Shown here: in pieces, positions 27,365 to 36,820 of the stretch | Numbering within the stretch: the first letter of the stretch is position 1 | Layout of the letters: every line of letters begins with the position of its first letter | Assembly: GCA_900547165.1 (NCBI GenBank) | Contig: URFZ01000013.1 | Span: 1,292 to 65,291 of the forward strand | DNA from: an uncultured Eubacteriales bacterium | GTDB lineage: Bacteria; Bacillota; Clostridia; Oscillospirales; UBA644 | Length of the DNA stretch: 64,000 bases | Direction: 5' to 3' | Notes under the pieces: generated by a model | The model's database searches: none | Seen by the model: the letters and a program-made list of their open reading frames with translations, nothing else | What the model was told of the DNA's origin: nothing | Made by a program: the position numbers and the translations under genes

Positions 27365-29179
27365 TTATTCTTCGTCCTTTTCAACGGCGGTGACCGCTAT
27401 CGAAAGTTCTTTGAGCTGTGCATCGTCAACCGTTCCGGGGCTCTTTGTCATTATCTCGGAAGCGTTCTGAACTTTCGGGAATGCGATAACGTCGCGAATG
27501 CTGTCCCTGCCGGCAAGGATCATTGTCAGACGGTCAAGACCGTAAGCCATACCGCCGTGCGGGGGTACGCCGTATTTGAATGCGTCGATAAGGAAGCCGA
27601 ACTGCGCATACGCTTTTTCGTCCGTAAATCCGAGCACTTCAAACATCTTGGTCTGCAACTCGGAGTTGTAAATTCTTATCGAGCCGCCGCCCGCTTCCAT
27701 GCCGTTGATTACTATATCGTAAGCCTTTGCGCGAACCTTGCCCGGGTCGGTGTCGATAAGGTCGAGGTCCTCGAACATCGGCGACGTGAACGGGTGGTGC
27801 TTGGCAACGTATCTGCCCTCTTCCTCGCTGTATTCAAGCAGCGGGAACTCCGTTACCCAAAGAAGTTTGTACATATCCTCGGGGTGTGCGGGGTCGTGCG
27901 GGATCTTGTCAAGACGTTTCGCAACTTCGCAGCGCAGTGCGCCGAGAGCGTCATACGTCACCTGATCTTTATCCGCAACGATGAACGCGCAGTCGCCGTC
28001 TTTCAGACCGAGCGCCGCAATAAGCGCGTCCTTTTCCTCGTCCGAAAGGAATTTGAGGAACGATGACGAAACGGTCTCGCCCATCTTTATCCATGCAAGA
28101 CCCTTTGCCCTGTAAGTCTTTACAAACTCGGTCAGGGAGTCAATGTCTCTTCTGCCGAATTTATCCGCGCTGTCTTCAACAACAACGGCTCTTACAGCGC
28201 CGCCGTTTGCCACGGTGTCCGCAAACACCTTAAAGCCGAAGTTTTTAACGGTGTCGGAAATATTTCTGAGTTCATATCCGAAGCGCAGGTCGGGTTTATC
28301 CGAACCGAAGCGCTCCATAGCCTCCGCATAAGTCATTCTCGGAAGAGGAAGTTTTATGTCAACGCCGAGAATCTCTTTGAACGCTTTCTGAATAAAGCCC
28401 TCGTTCGCCTCGATAACGTCGTCAACGTCAACAAAGGACATTTCAAGGTCTATCTGCGTAAATTCGGGCTGTCTGTCCGCACGCAGGTCCTCGTCGCGGA
28501 AGCACTTCGCTATCTGCATATATCTGTCAAAGCCCGCAACCATGAGAAGCTGTTTGTAAAGCTGCGGCGACTGCGGAAGCGCATAGAAATGTCCCGGATG
28601 GATACGGCTCGGAACAAGATAGTCGCGCGCGCCCTCGGGCGTGGAACGGATAAGGTTCGGGGTCTCTATCTCGATAAAGTCGTGATCTGCGTAATACTCT
28701 CTGGCAATGCGGCAGAGTTTTGCGCGGAGCATAATGGGGCTCTGCATATCGGGTCTGCGCAGGTCGAGGTATCTGTATTTAAGTCTGAGTTCCTCTTTGA
28801 CATTGGAATTTTCAACTATCTCAAACGGCGGAGTTTCGGACTTCGAAAGAATTTGAAGTTCGGTCGCAACCACTTCTATCTCACCGGTGGGAAGATCCTT
28901 GCGAACGGCGTTTTCGCCTCTGCCGCGGACGACGCCCGTAACGGAAATGCAGTCCTCGGAGCGGAGCGTATACGCTTTGTCAAACAATTCCTTGTTCGAG
29001 GTCTCCTCAAAATTTATCTGAATGATACCCGTGCGGTCGCGAAGATCGACGAAGATAAGTCCGCCGAGCGCGCGTCTGCGCTGTACCCAGCCGTGGACGG
29101 TGATTGTTTTTCCGATACTGTCGGAACGGAACGTTCCGCAATATCCGGTTCGTCTGTGTTCGATCTTTTCAAATTCCAT
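27365..29179 (-). CDS. aspS: aspartyl-tRNA synthetase
   Basis: OB-fold N-terminus (GWVQRRRALGGLIFVDLRDRTG), class II motifs, and the bacterial insertion domain. 604 aa. Confidence 0.95.
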   Translation of the reverse strand: MEFEKIEHRRTGYCGTFRSDSIGKTITVHGWVQRRRALGGLIFVDLRDRTGIIQINFEETSNKELFDKAYTLRSEDCISVTGVVRGRGENAVRKDLPTGEIEVVATELQILSKSETPPFEIVENSNVKEELRLKYRYLDLRRPDMQSPIMLRAKLCRIAREYYADHDFIEIETPNLIRSTPEGARDYLVPSRIHPGHFYALPQSPQLYKQLLMVAGFDRYMQIAKCFRDEDLRADRQPEFTQIDLEMSFVDVDDVIEANEGFIQKAFKEILGVDIKLPLPRMTYAEAMERFGSDKPDLRFGYELRNISDTVKNFGFKVFADTVANGGAVRAVVVEDSADKFGRRDIDSLTEFVKTYRAKGLAWIKMGETVSSSFLKFLSDEEKDALIAALGLKDGDCAFIVADKDQVTYDALGALRCEVAKRLDKIPHDPAHPEDMYKLLWVTEFPLLEYSEEEGRYVAKHHPFTSPMFEDLDLIDTDPGKVRAKAYDIVINGMEAGGGSIRIYNSELQTKMFEVLGFTDEKAYAQFGFLIDAFKYGVPPHGGMAYGLDRLTMILAGRDSIRDVIAFPKVQNASEIMTKSPGTVDDAQLKELSIAVTAVEKDEE

Positions 29180-29288
29180 ATTGTCAGCCTCTTTTAATTT
29201 ATATTCTTATTATAACGGTTGTTTTTACAAATTTTCCGTCGGAAGCGTGTCCGAACAGAGGTAATATTGCGGCGAAGAACGCCGTTTT

Positions 29289-30542
29289 TTATTTCAGTTC
29301 TTCGGCAAGCGCGTCAAGTTCTGTCTCACGTTTTTCGCCGTCCGACATTCTTTTCAGCACGGCTTTTCCGCTTTCGACCTCGTTATCGCCGAGAACGAGC
29401 GTGTATTCCGCGCCTATTTTATCGGCATATTTCATCTGCGCTTTCAGGGAGCGCGACGAAACGTCCGTTTCCGCGGCTATGCCCTTTGTGCGGAGAGCGT
29501 ATGCCAAAGCGGCAGCTTTTTTCGCGCCCTTCTCACCGATATTCGCGATATATACGCGGCAGGTGTCCTCTTTGCCGAAGTCACAGCCCTGTTTTTCCAT
29601 AACGAGCAAAAGTCTTTCAAGTCCCGTTGCAAAACCGAGCCCGCAGACCTGTTTGGAAGGGTCGAGGTCGGTTATCAAACCGTCATAGCGTCCGCCGCCG
29701 AGCACGGTTAAGCCCGTTTCGCCGTCCACGAACTCGAAAACCGTCTTGGTGTAATAATCAAGTCCGCGCACGATGGAGGTATCGACTTCATAATCTATGC
29801 CGAAATTTTCAAGACCCGCTTTGAGTTTGGCGAAGTGGTCGGCGCAGTCCTCGCACAGGAAATCCGTCACTCTCGGCGCGTCTTTTGCTATCTTTGCGCA
29901 GTCGGGATTTTTGCAGTCCAATATACGCATCGGGTTTCTGTCCAGACGGTCGCGGCAAGTGTCGCAAAGCGCGTCTTTCGCATTCTCGAAATACGATTTC
30001 AGCGCGGCGTGATATTTTTTGCGGCATTCGGGGCAGCCTATCGAATTTATTTTAAGCGAAACGCCCCTGATGCCGAGTCTTTTTATAAGAGTATCGGCAA
30101 GCGCGATAACTTCCGCGTCGGACGAGGGAGACTGCGTGCCGTAAAGTTCGACGCCGAACTGGTGGAACTCCCTGTATCTGCCCGCCTGCGGCTTCTCGTA
30201 ACGGAAGCACGAAATTATGTAATAAAGTTTGAGCGGCATCAGTCCCGCAAAAAGTCCGTTTTGCAGGCAAAGGCGCGCCACGCTCGCCGTGCCCTCGGGA
30301 CGCAGGGTTATCGAATCCTCGCCTTTTGTAACGAACGTGTACATTTCTTTCTGAACCACGTCCGTCGTGTCTCCCACGCCGCGGACAAAAAGTTCGGTCT
30401 TTTCAAAAGTCGGGAACCGAACCTCCCGAAAGCCGAAATCTGCGGCAACCTGCTGCGCCGTTTTTTCGACGAATCTCCATTTGTACGAATCCTGCGGAAG
30501 AACGTCTTTCGTTCCGCGAACCGCTTCTATCGAAGAAGCCAT
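29289..30542 (-). CDS. hisS: histidyl-tRNA synthetase
   Basis: FRYEKPQAGRYREFHQFGVE and GGGRYDGL motifs. 417 aa. Confidence 0.95.
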   Translation of the reverse strand: MASSIEAVRGTKDVLPQDSYKWRFVEKTAQQVAADFGFREVRFPTFEKTELFVRGVGDTTDVVQKEMYTFVTKGEDSITLRPEGTASVARLCLQNGLFAGLMPLKLYYIISCFRYEKPQAGRYREFHQFGVELYGTQSPSSDAEVIALADTLIKRLGIRGVSLKINSIGCPECRKKYHAALKSYFENAKDALCDTCRDRLDRNPMRILDCKNPDCAKIAKDAPRVTDFLCEDCADHFAKLKAGLENFGIDYEVDTSIVRGLDYYTKTVFEFVDGETGLTVLGGGRYDGLITDLDPSKQVCGLGFATGLERLLLVMEKQGCDFGKEDTCRVYIANIGEKGAKKAAALAYALRTKGIAAETDVSSRSLKAQMKYADKIGAEYTLVLGDNEVESGKAVLKRMSDGEKRETELDALAEELK

Positions 30543-30569
30543 ATATTCTTTTCCTCTTTCGTGTTATCT

Positions 30570-30980
30570 TTAATATTCTTCCGCCGAGCCGTGCGGGTCA
30601 CGCCAGTTGAGCGCGTCCGTATTCAGGGCACGTACAAGCACCTCTCCCGTCGCGATGTTTGTCGCGAGCGGAATGTTGTGCATATCGCAAAGACGGAGCA
30701 GATTAAGTTCATCTCTCTGATTTTCTTTTTGCATCAACGGGTCACGGAAGAACAGAACCATATCTATTTCGTCATAAGCTATCTTGTTTGCCAACTGCTG
30801 CATTCCGCCGCGCTCACCGCTCATCAGGCGTCCTATTTCAAGTCCCGTCTCGTCGGCAACGAGTTTGCCCGTTGTCGCGGTCGCGCAAAGTCTGTGTTTT
30901 GCGAGAATGCCGCAATAAGCAATGCAGAATTGCACCATAAGTTCTTTTTTCTTGTCGTCCGCCAGAATAGCGATATTCAT
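30570..30980 (-). CDS. methylglyoxal synthase-like protein (catalytic His residues apparently substituted)
   Basis: Collinear with MgsA (ATGTTG, FFRDPL, LLRLCD..NIPLATN). However AHD is ADD, and the PHxPD segment reads ENQRDE. Confidence 0.75.
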   Translation of the reverse strand: MNIAILADDKKKELMVQFCIAYCGILAKHRLCATATTGKLVADETGLEIGRLMSGERGGMQQLANKIAYDEIDMVLFFRDPLMQKENQRDELNLLRLCDMHNIPLATNIATGEVLVRALNTDALNWRDPHGSAEEY

Positions 30981-31047
30981 ATATGTTCCTCCGTTCGTTA
31001 TATTGTTCCGACCGCAGCGGAGCAGAAGTCCGTCACGGCGTTTCGTT

Positions 31048-31794
31048 CTATAATTTTATCAGTTCCGCGCTGCCGCCGCAAAGTCTTGTTGCGATGTTCG
31101 AAAACGCCTGTCTGACTTTCGGCGCGCCGCTTGTATAAGCGAATTTGCCGACGTATGTATATGCGGGAATGAGTTTATCCTCGGGTACAACGCCTATCAA
31201 GCGTACCGACACGCTGTCTATTATCTCGTCGATATTCGGCGCAAGGCGTTTCTTTATCATCGAAGCGTCAACTTTGTTGATAACGAGCCGCGCGTCGCGC
31301 AAGCCTTTCTTTTTCATCGTCTCCGCCGTTCTTTCAGCGTCTCGCAGAGACGTTAAATCGGCGGTCGAAACGACCACGGCTTTGTGCCGACGGCAAACAA
31401 GGTCGCTTTCGCAAACGCTTGTCCCCGCAGGACAATCCACAAAAACAAAATCGTAATGCTCCGCCTGCTCGTCCGCAAGTTTTGAGATGAACCCAAACAT
31501 CTTGTCCGCAGGAACGCGAAGCCGCGCGGGAGCGGCAAGAAAATGAAGCGTGCCTATTTCAGGATGACTGATAACGGCTTTTTCAAAATAGCAAGCGCCC
31601 GAAAAGACGTCGCCGACGTCCAGCACCGCCTGATTTTGAAGCCCCAAAAGAATATCGGCATTTCGAAGCCATATATCGCCGTCAATAACAAGCACGTGCT
31701 TGCCCCTCAGAGCAAGCGCAACGGCAAGATTGACGCAGACCGTTGTTTTTCCCGCTCCGCCTTTGCCGGAGACGAACAAACAGACTTTTCCCAT
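31048..31794 (-). CDS. minD: MinD/ParA-family ATPase (MinD-like)
   Basis: Deviant Walker A SGKGGAGKTT. The start MGKVCLFVSGK is at 31794; the longer track ORF extends into repeat sequence. Confidence 0.8.
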   Translation of the reverse strand: MGKVCLFVSGKGGAGKTTVCVNLAVALALRGKHVLVIDGDIWLRNADILLGLQNQAVLDVGDVFSGACYFEKAVISHPEIGTLHFLAAPARLRVPADKMFGFISKLADEQAEHYDFVFVDCPAGTSVCESDLVCRRHKAVVVSTADLTSLRDAERTAETMKKKGLRDARLVINKVDASMIKKRLAPNIDEIIDSVSVRLIGVVPEDKLIPAYTYVGKFAYTSGAPKVRQAFSNIATRLCGGSAELIKL

Positions 31795-31827
31795 CAAAAA
31801 CCGATTCCTTTCAATATCTACTGAAAT

Positions 31828-31856
31828 ATTATATAATATAAATAAGCATTTGGCAA
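31828..31856 (-). promoter_or_regulatory. candidate minD promoter
   Basis: On the minus strand: TTGCCA (31856-31851), 17 nt, TATAAT (31833-31828). The -35 lies at the edge of repeat family 2 copy a. Confidence 0.45.
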
Positions 31857-32043
31857 TATACGTGCGGTAAAATTTATAAAAACTTGCTTTTTCGCGGTTG
31901 TTCTTGCAAATTGTCAATCAAAACCGCGATGTACGGAATATGTGTGCCTTCGCACACAGGGTACTCTCCGAAACGGGCATAGCCTTTTCTTTTCCGCTGC
32001 GCGGAGTTTGCGTCGTTTTTCGCAGGCGAAAAGCCGAGCAAAC
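31852..32043. repeat. intergenic repeat family 2, copy a (192 bp)
   Basis: Aligns to 32186-32390 at an offset of about 334. Shared blocks are CGGTAAAATTTATAAAAACTTGCTTTTTCGCGG and TTTTCTTTTCCGCTGCGCGGAGTTTGCGTCGTTTTTCGCAnGCGAAAAGCCGAGCAAAC. Confidence 0.8.
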
Positions 32044-32185
32044 AGTGTGGTCTGATTTCAATACGCGTGCGATAGTTCGCGCATACGCGCAAACCGCACA
32101 TTGCTAATCGCAAAAACTGCTCGCTTCGCTCGGTCTTTTTGCGATATGTCAGCCCCAATATTTCCCAAAAACAAGATTTGATTAA

Positions 32186-32390
32186 GGCAATACAGACACG
32201 GTAAAATTTATAAAAACTTGCTTTTTCGCGGCTGTTTTTGCAAGTCAGGCAAAAAGACGGCAATCAAAATCACAATATGCGGAGAAGGTGTGCCGTCGCA
32301 CATAGGGAACTTGCAGAAAACCGCACAGCCCTTTTCTTTTCCGCTGCGCGGAGTTTGCGTCGTTTTTCGCATGCGAAAAGCCGAGCAAAC
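32186..32390. repeat. intergenic repeat family 2, copy b (205 bp)
   Basis: See copy a. It ends about 20 nt from the mrdA stop codon. Confidence 0.8.
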
Positions 32391-32409
32391 CTTTTTATAC
32401 CTAACGGAT

Positions 32410-34443
32410 TCACCTTACCCCGTCAAACTTGTCTCTGTCCGAGAACCAATACTGCAATACCTGCGTGATGTATTTTGCGTTGAGCGGCGTTGTGCCCGTG
32501 CCCGCGTTTTCGACAACAAGCACGAACGCGACCTGCGGGTTTTCGGCAGGGGCGAAGCCGACAAGAAGCGACGTTGCTTTTTTGCCGTCAACTTCTGCCG
32601 TACCGGTTTTTACGGCGATGGAAGAAAGCGTATAATTCGCAAAGCCGGAGCCTGCTGAACCGCCCGTTTTGGAAACTTCCACCATGCCTTCAACCACGGC
32701 TTGAAGCGTTTCCTGTTTCAGTCCGAGGCTTTCGTAAGAGGTGGACGAGGAATAAACCGTTTCATTCTTTTCCGCGTCGCGAATGGATTTTATGATATGC
32801 GGCGAATAGAATTTGCCGCCGTTGCCTATCGTTGCAACGTAGTTAACAAGCTGCACGGGCGTTACCGCATTGTCCGACTGACCTATCGCGGCAAGGAGCG
32901 TTTCGCCGTCTTCCCATGTCTTGCCTATGCTTTCGCGGTATTTTCTGCCCGCGATGATACCGCTCATCTCTCCCGGCAATTCTATACCCGTTTTTTTGCC
33001 GAAACCGAGTTTTGCTGAATATGAGTTGAGAGTGTCTATGCCCGCGATACGTCCGACGTCAAAGAAGAAGATGTTGCAGCTGTGTTTGAGTGCGGTCACG
33101 ACATTGACTTCGCCGTGCGAAATACTGCGGAAGCAGGACGGCTGATAATCGTCGTAAAAACGGTATACGCCCTCGCAATAGCGGGTCGAATACTTGGTGA
33201 TTATCCCCTCTTCAAGTCCCGCGATACCCGTAACCATTTTATACGTCGAACCGGGTGCGTAAAGTCCCGATATGGCGCGGTTTATAAGCGGTTTGTTTTC
33301 GTTTGAGACAAGCGTGGAATAATCGGCATTGTATGTTTTTATGTTAAAAGTCGGGTTGCTTGCCATGGCAAGTATTTCGCCCGAATTGGGGTCCATGAAT
33401 ATTGCGGCGGCGGCGGACGCGGAGTCCTCGCCGTTGATTTCGCGGCACGAAACGAGCAGTTCTTCAAGCCCTTTTTCGACCACGGTCTGCATTTTTGAGT
33501 CTATCGTAAGAATAACGTCAAAGCCCGATTTCGCGTCAACGGAGGCGTAGCCCTCTTCGGAGGCAAGGTCGCCTATATCGGAAACGACCGTGCCCGAATC
33601 GTCGTTTATCGTATAGCGGTAGCCGTTCTGTCCGCGCAGATAGTCCTCGCAGACCTTTTCTATGCCGTCCTTGCCCACGATGTCGTCGAACAAGTACCCT
33701 TTTGCGGAAAGCGTTTCATACTCTTCCGCGCTGATACGTCCGACTGTGCCGAGGATATGGGACGCAATTCCGGGCATCGTATACTCGCGCGCCGATGAAG
33801 TTATGAGCGTCACGCCCGGCAAAGATGATTTGTTTTCTTCTATCATCGTCGAGGTCTTTATGTCAACGTCCTCGGCAAAAGTATATTCCGAGCCGCCCGC
33901 ACCGGTCTCTATTTCATAACGAACGCCGACTATCTTTGTCGCCCTTTCGGGGTCGCGGTCGGCAAGTGAATAGGCCTTGAAAAGTTCCGTCATAACGGAA
34001 AGCGGGTCATCGGCTGTCTCTATTTTTTTTGAAGCCAGATATTTGGAGAACGACGAACGCAGGCTTTCGGACTGCATATATGCGGGAGTGAAAGAAAACG
34101 CGCCGTTTGTATACGCCACGGGAAAAGTGTCCGTATAATCGTCCTCACATTTTTCGAAAAAGCCTATCAGCGCGTCTATCGTTGCGTTCAGATCGTCGGT
34201 TTTTTGCCTGTTTATCACAACTGAGACCTGCGAAACGCTCTGCACTATGGGTTCGCAGTTGCGATCGAGTATATCGCCGCGCGCCGCTTTGACAACGGTT
34301 TTGGTAACAACGCTGTTCGATGAACTTTTATAATACGCCGCGCCGTTCACGAGTTGAAGATTGACGAGACGGACGACGAACAGCGACGCGCAGATAACAA
34401 ACGCGACAATAACGGCAACAAGCCTTTTACCGTATTTTTTCAT
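32410..34443 (-). CDS. mrdA: penicillin-binding protein 2 (elongation transpeptidase)
   Basis: SxxK (GSTYKM), SxN (HSCN) and KTG (KTGTA) motifs. It has an N-terminal TM anchor and sits in mre context. Confidence 0.9.
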   Translation of the reverse strand: MKKYGKRLVAVIVAFVICASLFVVRLVNLQLVNGAAYYKSSSNSVVTKTVVKAARGDILDRNCEPIVQSVSQVSVVINRQKTDDLNATIDALIGFFEKCEDDYTDTFPVAYTNGAFSFTPAYMQSESLRSSFSKYLASKKIETADDPLSVMTELFKAYSLADRDPERATKIVGVRYEIETGAGGSEYTFAEDVDIKTSTMIEENKSSLPGVTLITSSAREYTMPGIASHILGTVGRISAEEYETLSAKGYLFDDIVGKDGIEKVCEDYLRGQNGYRYTINDDSGTVVSDIGDLASEEGYASVDAKSGFDVILTIDSKMQTVVEKGLEELLVSCREINGEDSASAAAAIFMDPNSGEILAMASNPTFNIKTYNADYSTLVSNENKPLINRAISGLYAPGSTYKMVTGIAGLEEGIITKYSTRYCEGVYRFYDDYQPSCFRSISHGEVNVVTALKHSCNIFFFDVGRIAGIDTLNSYSAKLGFGKKTGIELPGEMSGIIAGRKYRESIGKTWEDGETLLAAIGQSDNAVTPVQLVNYVATIGNGGKFYSPHIIKSIRDAEKNETVYSSSTSYESLGLKQETLQAVVEGMVEVSKTGGSAGSGFANYTLSSIAVKTGTAEVDGKKATSLLVGFAPAENPQVAFVLVVENAGTGTTPLNAKYITQVLQYWFSDRDKFDGVR

Positions 34444-34936
34444 TGTATTTTCTCCATTTGCGGTTTGTGCCTATCAGCTTGACAACGAAGTATATCACAA
34501 CGGCGACAACAGCCGTCAGCAGAACCGACGGAAGCACCGTTTTGAGCAGCGCGGGAAAAAAATCCGCGCCGTAAAATATCCTGTTCCAGAGAGCAAGCGC
34601 CGTATCCCTGCAAAAAACGCAGAGAACGCATATCAGTTCGCAGGCAAGCAGATTTGAACTTATTCGGTTCTCGGCAAGATAGCCCACGGTATAGCCGACG
34701 GCTGCGAACAAAAGCGCGTTGAAGCCGAAAACGCCGCTGCCGACCAAGTCCGAAATAAGCCCGAAAACAAGCCCGTAGATCGCGCCGAAATACTCGTTTT
34801 CAAAAAGCCCGAGAGCAACCACCGCGCACAGCAGATACGACGGACTGACGCCGTTGAAGCGGAGCGGGGTTATGATATACGCTAGCATATAAAGAAGCGT
34901 CAGAAACAGGCTGTAAAGCAAAATGCGGACTTTCAT
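34427..34936 (-). CDS. mreD: rod shape-determining protein MreD
   Basis: A small polytopic membrane protein directly after mreC, with overlapping stop and start. Confidence 0.7.
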   Translation of the reverse strand: MKVRILLYSLFLTLLYMLAYIITPLRFNGVSPSYLLCAVVALGLFENEYFGAIYGLVFGLISDLVGSGVFGFNALLFAAVGYTVGYLAENRISSNLLACELICVLCVFCRDTALALWNRIFYGADFFPALLKTVLPSVLLTAVVAVVIYFVVKLIGTNRKWRKYNEKIR

Positions 34937-35775
34937 TGTGCTGCTCCGTCCTTGATCTCTGTTATGATGTAAACGCGCTCAACGGAAGAAATATCAGTAT
35001 GCGGGGCAACTTTTGCCCATACCGTGCCGTCGTCGCGGCGAACCACGTCCGTCACTGTACCGACGGGTATCGACTTCGGAAAAACGCCGCCGAGCCCCGA
35101 TGTGACAAGTCTGTCTCCGCGTCCGAGAACGCTGTTTTTGTCTATGTAAGAAAGTCTGGCAACACCCTCAGCGCTCAGATCGGCGGATGCGGAAAGAATG
35201 CCGCAGTCGTGGGTGGTGGAGACCATAACGCCCACGCTGAGTTCGGTGTCAAACAATGTCTTGACCTTTGACCAATTCGGACCGACGGAGGAAACAACGC
35301 CCACAAGTCCGTCGCAGGAAACAACGATGTCCCCCTCTTTGACACCCGACGATGTGCCCGCGTTCAGGTTCAGAGTATCGCTCCAACCGTCCGTACCGCG
35401 CGCCACCACATCTGCGGAAGCGTAAGAAAACGTCTGCTCGCCGTCAGTCATGTCGAGCAGTTTTTTCAGATTTCCGTTTTCGATTTTAAGATATGCGTTC
35501 TCGTCAGCCTCGGCACGCGCCTGCGCAAGTTGCCCGCGCAAGTCTTCGTTTTCCTTTTCAAGGTCGTCGTAACGGAACGGCGCGGAAAACATATCCGAGA
35601 AAAAGTTCTTAACCGCCGTGCCCGCCGTGTTGAAAGGCGTCATCACAAAGCCCACAAACTGCTCGTGCGGCATTTTTGCGCTGCCGAGCAACGCGCTGAA
35701 CATAAAGCCGACAAGATATATACCGATAAAGACGAGAACGATGAATAATTTGTTTTTGAAAAAGTTCCTGTTCAA
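34933..35775 (-). CDS. mreC: rod shape-determining protein MreC
   Basis: TM anchor, a coiled-coil (ENEDLRGQLAQARAE), and beta-barrel domains with GDIVVSCDGLVGVV and GDRLVTSGLGGVFP. Confidence 0.85.
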   Translation of the reverse strand: MNRNFFKNKLFIVLVFIGIYLVGFMFSALLGSAKMPHEQFVGFVMTPFNTAGTAVKNFFSDMFSAPFRYDDLEKENEDLRGQLAQARAEADENAYLKIENGNLKKLLDMTDGEQTFSYASADVVARGTDGWSDTLNLNAGTSSGVKEGDIVVSCDGLVGVVSSVGPNWSKVKTLFDTELSVGVMVSTTHDCGILSASADLSAEGVARLSYIDKNSVLGRGDRLVTSGLGGVFPKSIPVGTVTDVVRRDDGTVWAKVAPHTDISSVERVYIITEIKDGAAQ

Positions 35776-35787
35776 AATTATTCTCCC

Positions 35788-36816
35788 TTAATTTCCGAGC
35801 GTCGAGTTTTCGTAATTGCGCAGTTTCTTTGCCATCGGAACGGCTCTCATCGCGCCGACAGCCGTCGCTTCGAGCGGGTTTTCTTCAACTACCGCTTCCA
35901 TGCCCGTTTCTTTGTAAATAAGTTCCGTCCAGCCTTTCATCAGCGCGCCGCCGCCGACAAGGTGTATCTTTGAGCGTATCAGGTCGGACGCTATTTCGGG
36001 CGGGATCTTGCCGAGAACGGTCATAATGCCGTCCACTATGGCGCGGACGCTTGATGCGATTGCCTGATGCACGTCCTCGCTTGAAAGCACGAAGTTTTCG
36101 GGAAGTCCCGAAATAAGATGTCTGCCGTTCAGGGTCATCAGTTCCATGTTTTTAACGTCCGAAGCGCAGCCGAGTTGTTTTTTGACGTCCTCCGCCGTAC
36201 CGTCGCCGATAAGTATGTTATAATTTTTTCTGACAAAGTTGATGATGTCGCGGTCAAACGTGCCGCTGCATTCGGAAAGAGAACGCGCAAGCATAACGCC
36301 GCCGTTGGCAACAACGCTTATATCCGTTCTGCCGCCGCCGATGTCCACGATGATGTGTCCGCGTCCGCTGAAAACGTCAAGCCCGCAGCCGAGCGCCGCC
36401 GCAATGGGTTCGTCCACAGGCACCACGCGGGAGCCGTACGCCGCTTTTGCCATATCGCGCATGGAGCGTCTTTCAACGCTTGACGCCGCCGCGGGAACGA
36501 CGATGGCTGATGTTATGCCTATTCTTGTCTGCACAACGCGGGAGACATACTGACAAAGCATTGCGACCGTCTTGTCAAAATCGGAGATAATGCCGCCGCT
36601 TATGGGGCGATCGACGCTTATCGTCTCGGGCGCTCTGCCTATCATCTTTTTTGCTTTGTCGCCTATTGCAACAACTTTTTCGTTGTAAATATCCGTCGCG
36701 ACGACCGACGGCTCGCCGAGAACTATGCCTTTGCCGTGACGCGCAATATATGTATTCGACGACCCGAGAGAGATCCCGAGAGTCGTTTTATGAAACAAAC
36801 TGAAACTGAACAGCAT
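35788..36816 (-). CDS. mreB: MreB-family actin-like protein (divergent)
   Basis: Actin-fold motifs LGSSNT, DIGGGRTD and LVGGGALM. The start at 36816 avoids overlap with maf. Confidence 0.85.
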   Translation of the reverse strand: MLFSFSLFHKTTLGISLGSSNTYIARHGKGIVLGEPSVVATDIYNEKVVAIGDKAKKMIGRAPETISVDRPISGGIISDFDKTVAMLCQYVSRVVQTRIGITSAIVVPAAASSVERRSMRDMAKAAYGSRVVPVDEPIAAALGCGLDVFSGRGHIIVDIGGGRTDISVVANGGVMLARSLSECSGTFDRDIINFVRKNYNILIGDGTAEDVKKQLGCASDVKNMELMTLNGRHLISGLPENFVLSSEDVHQAIASSVRAIVDGIMTVLGKIPPEIASDLIRSKIHLVGGGALMKGWTELIYKETGMEAVVEENPLEATAVGAMRAVPMAKKLRNYENSTLGN

Positions 36817-36820
36817 ATTT

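Noticed and set aside
31874-32263. 129-aa minus-strand ORF in the mrdA-minD spacer (considered as a decayed minC), and the extended 289-aa minD ORF
   Set aside because: There is no similarity to MinC. The ORF is stitched from the two family 2 repeat copies (the shared peptide REKASFYKFYR comes from the repeat). minD has a proper RBS, promoter and canonical N-terminus at 31794.
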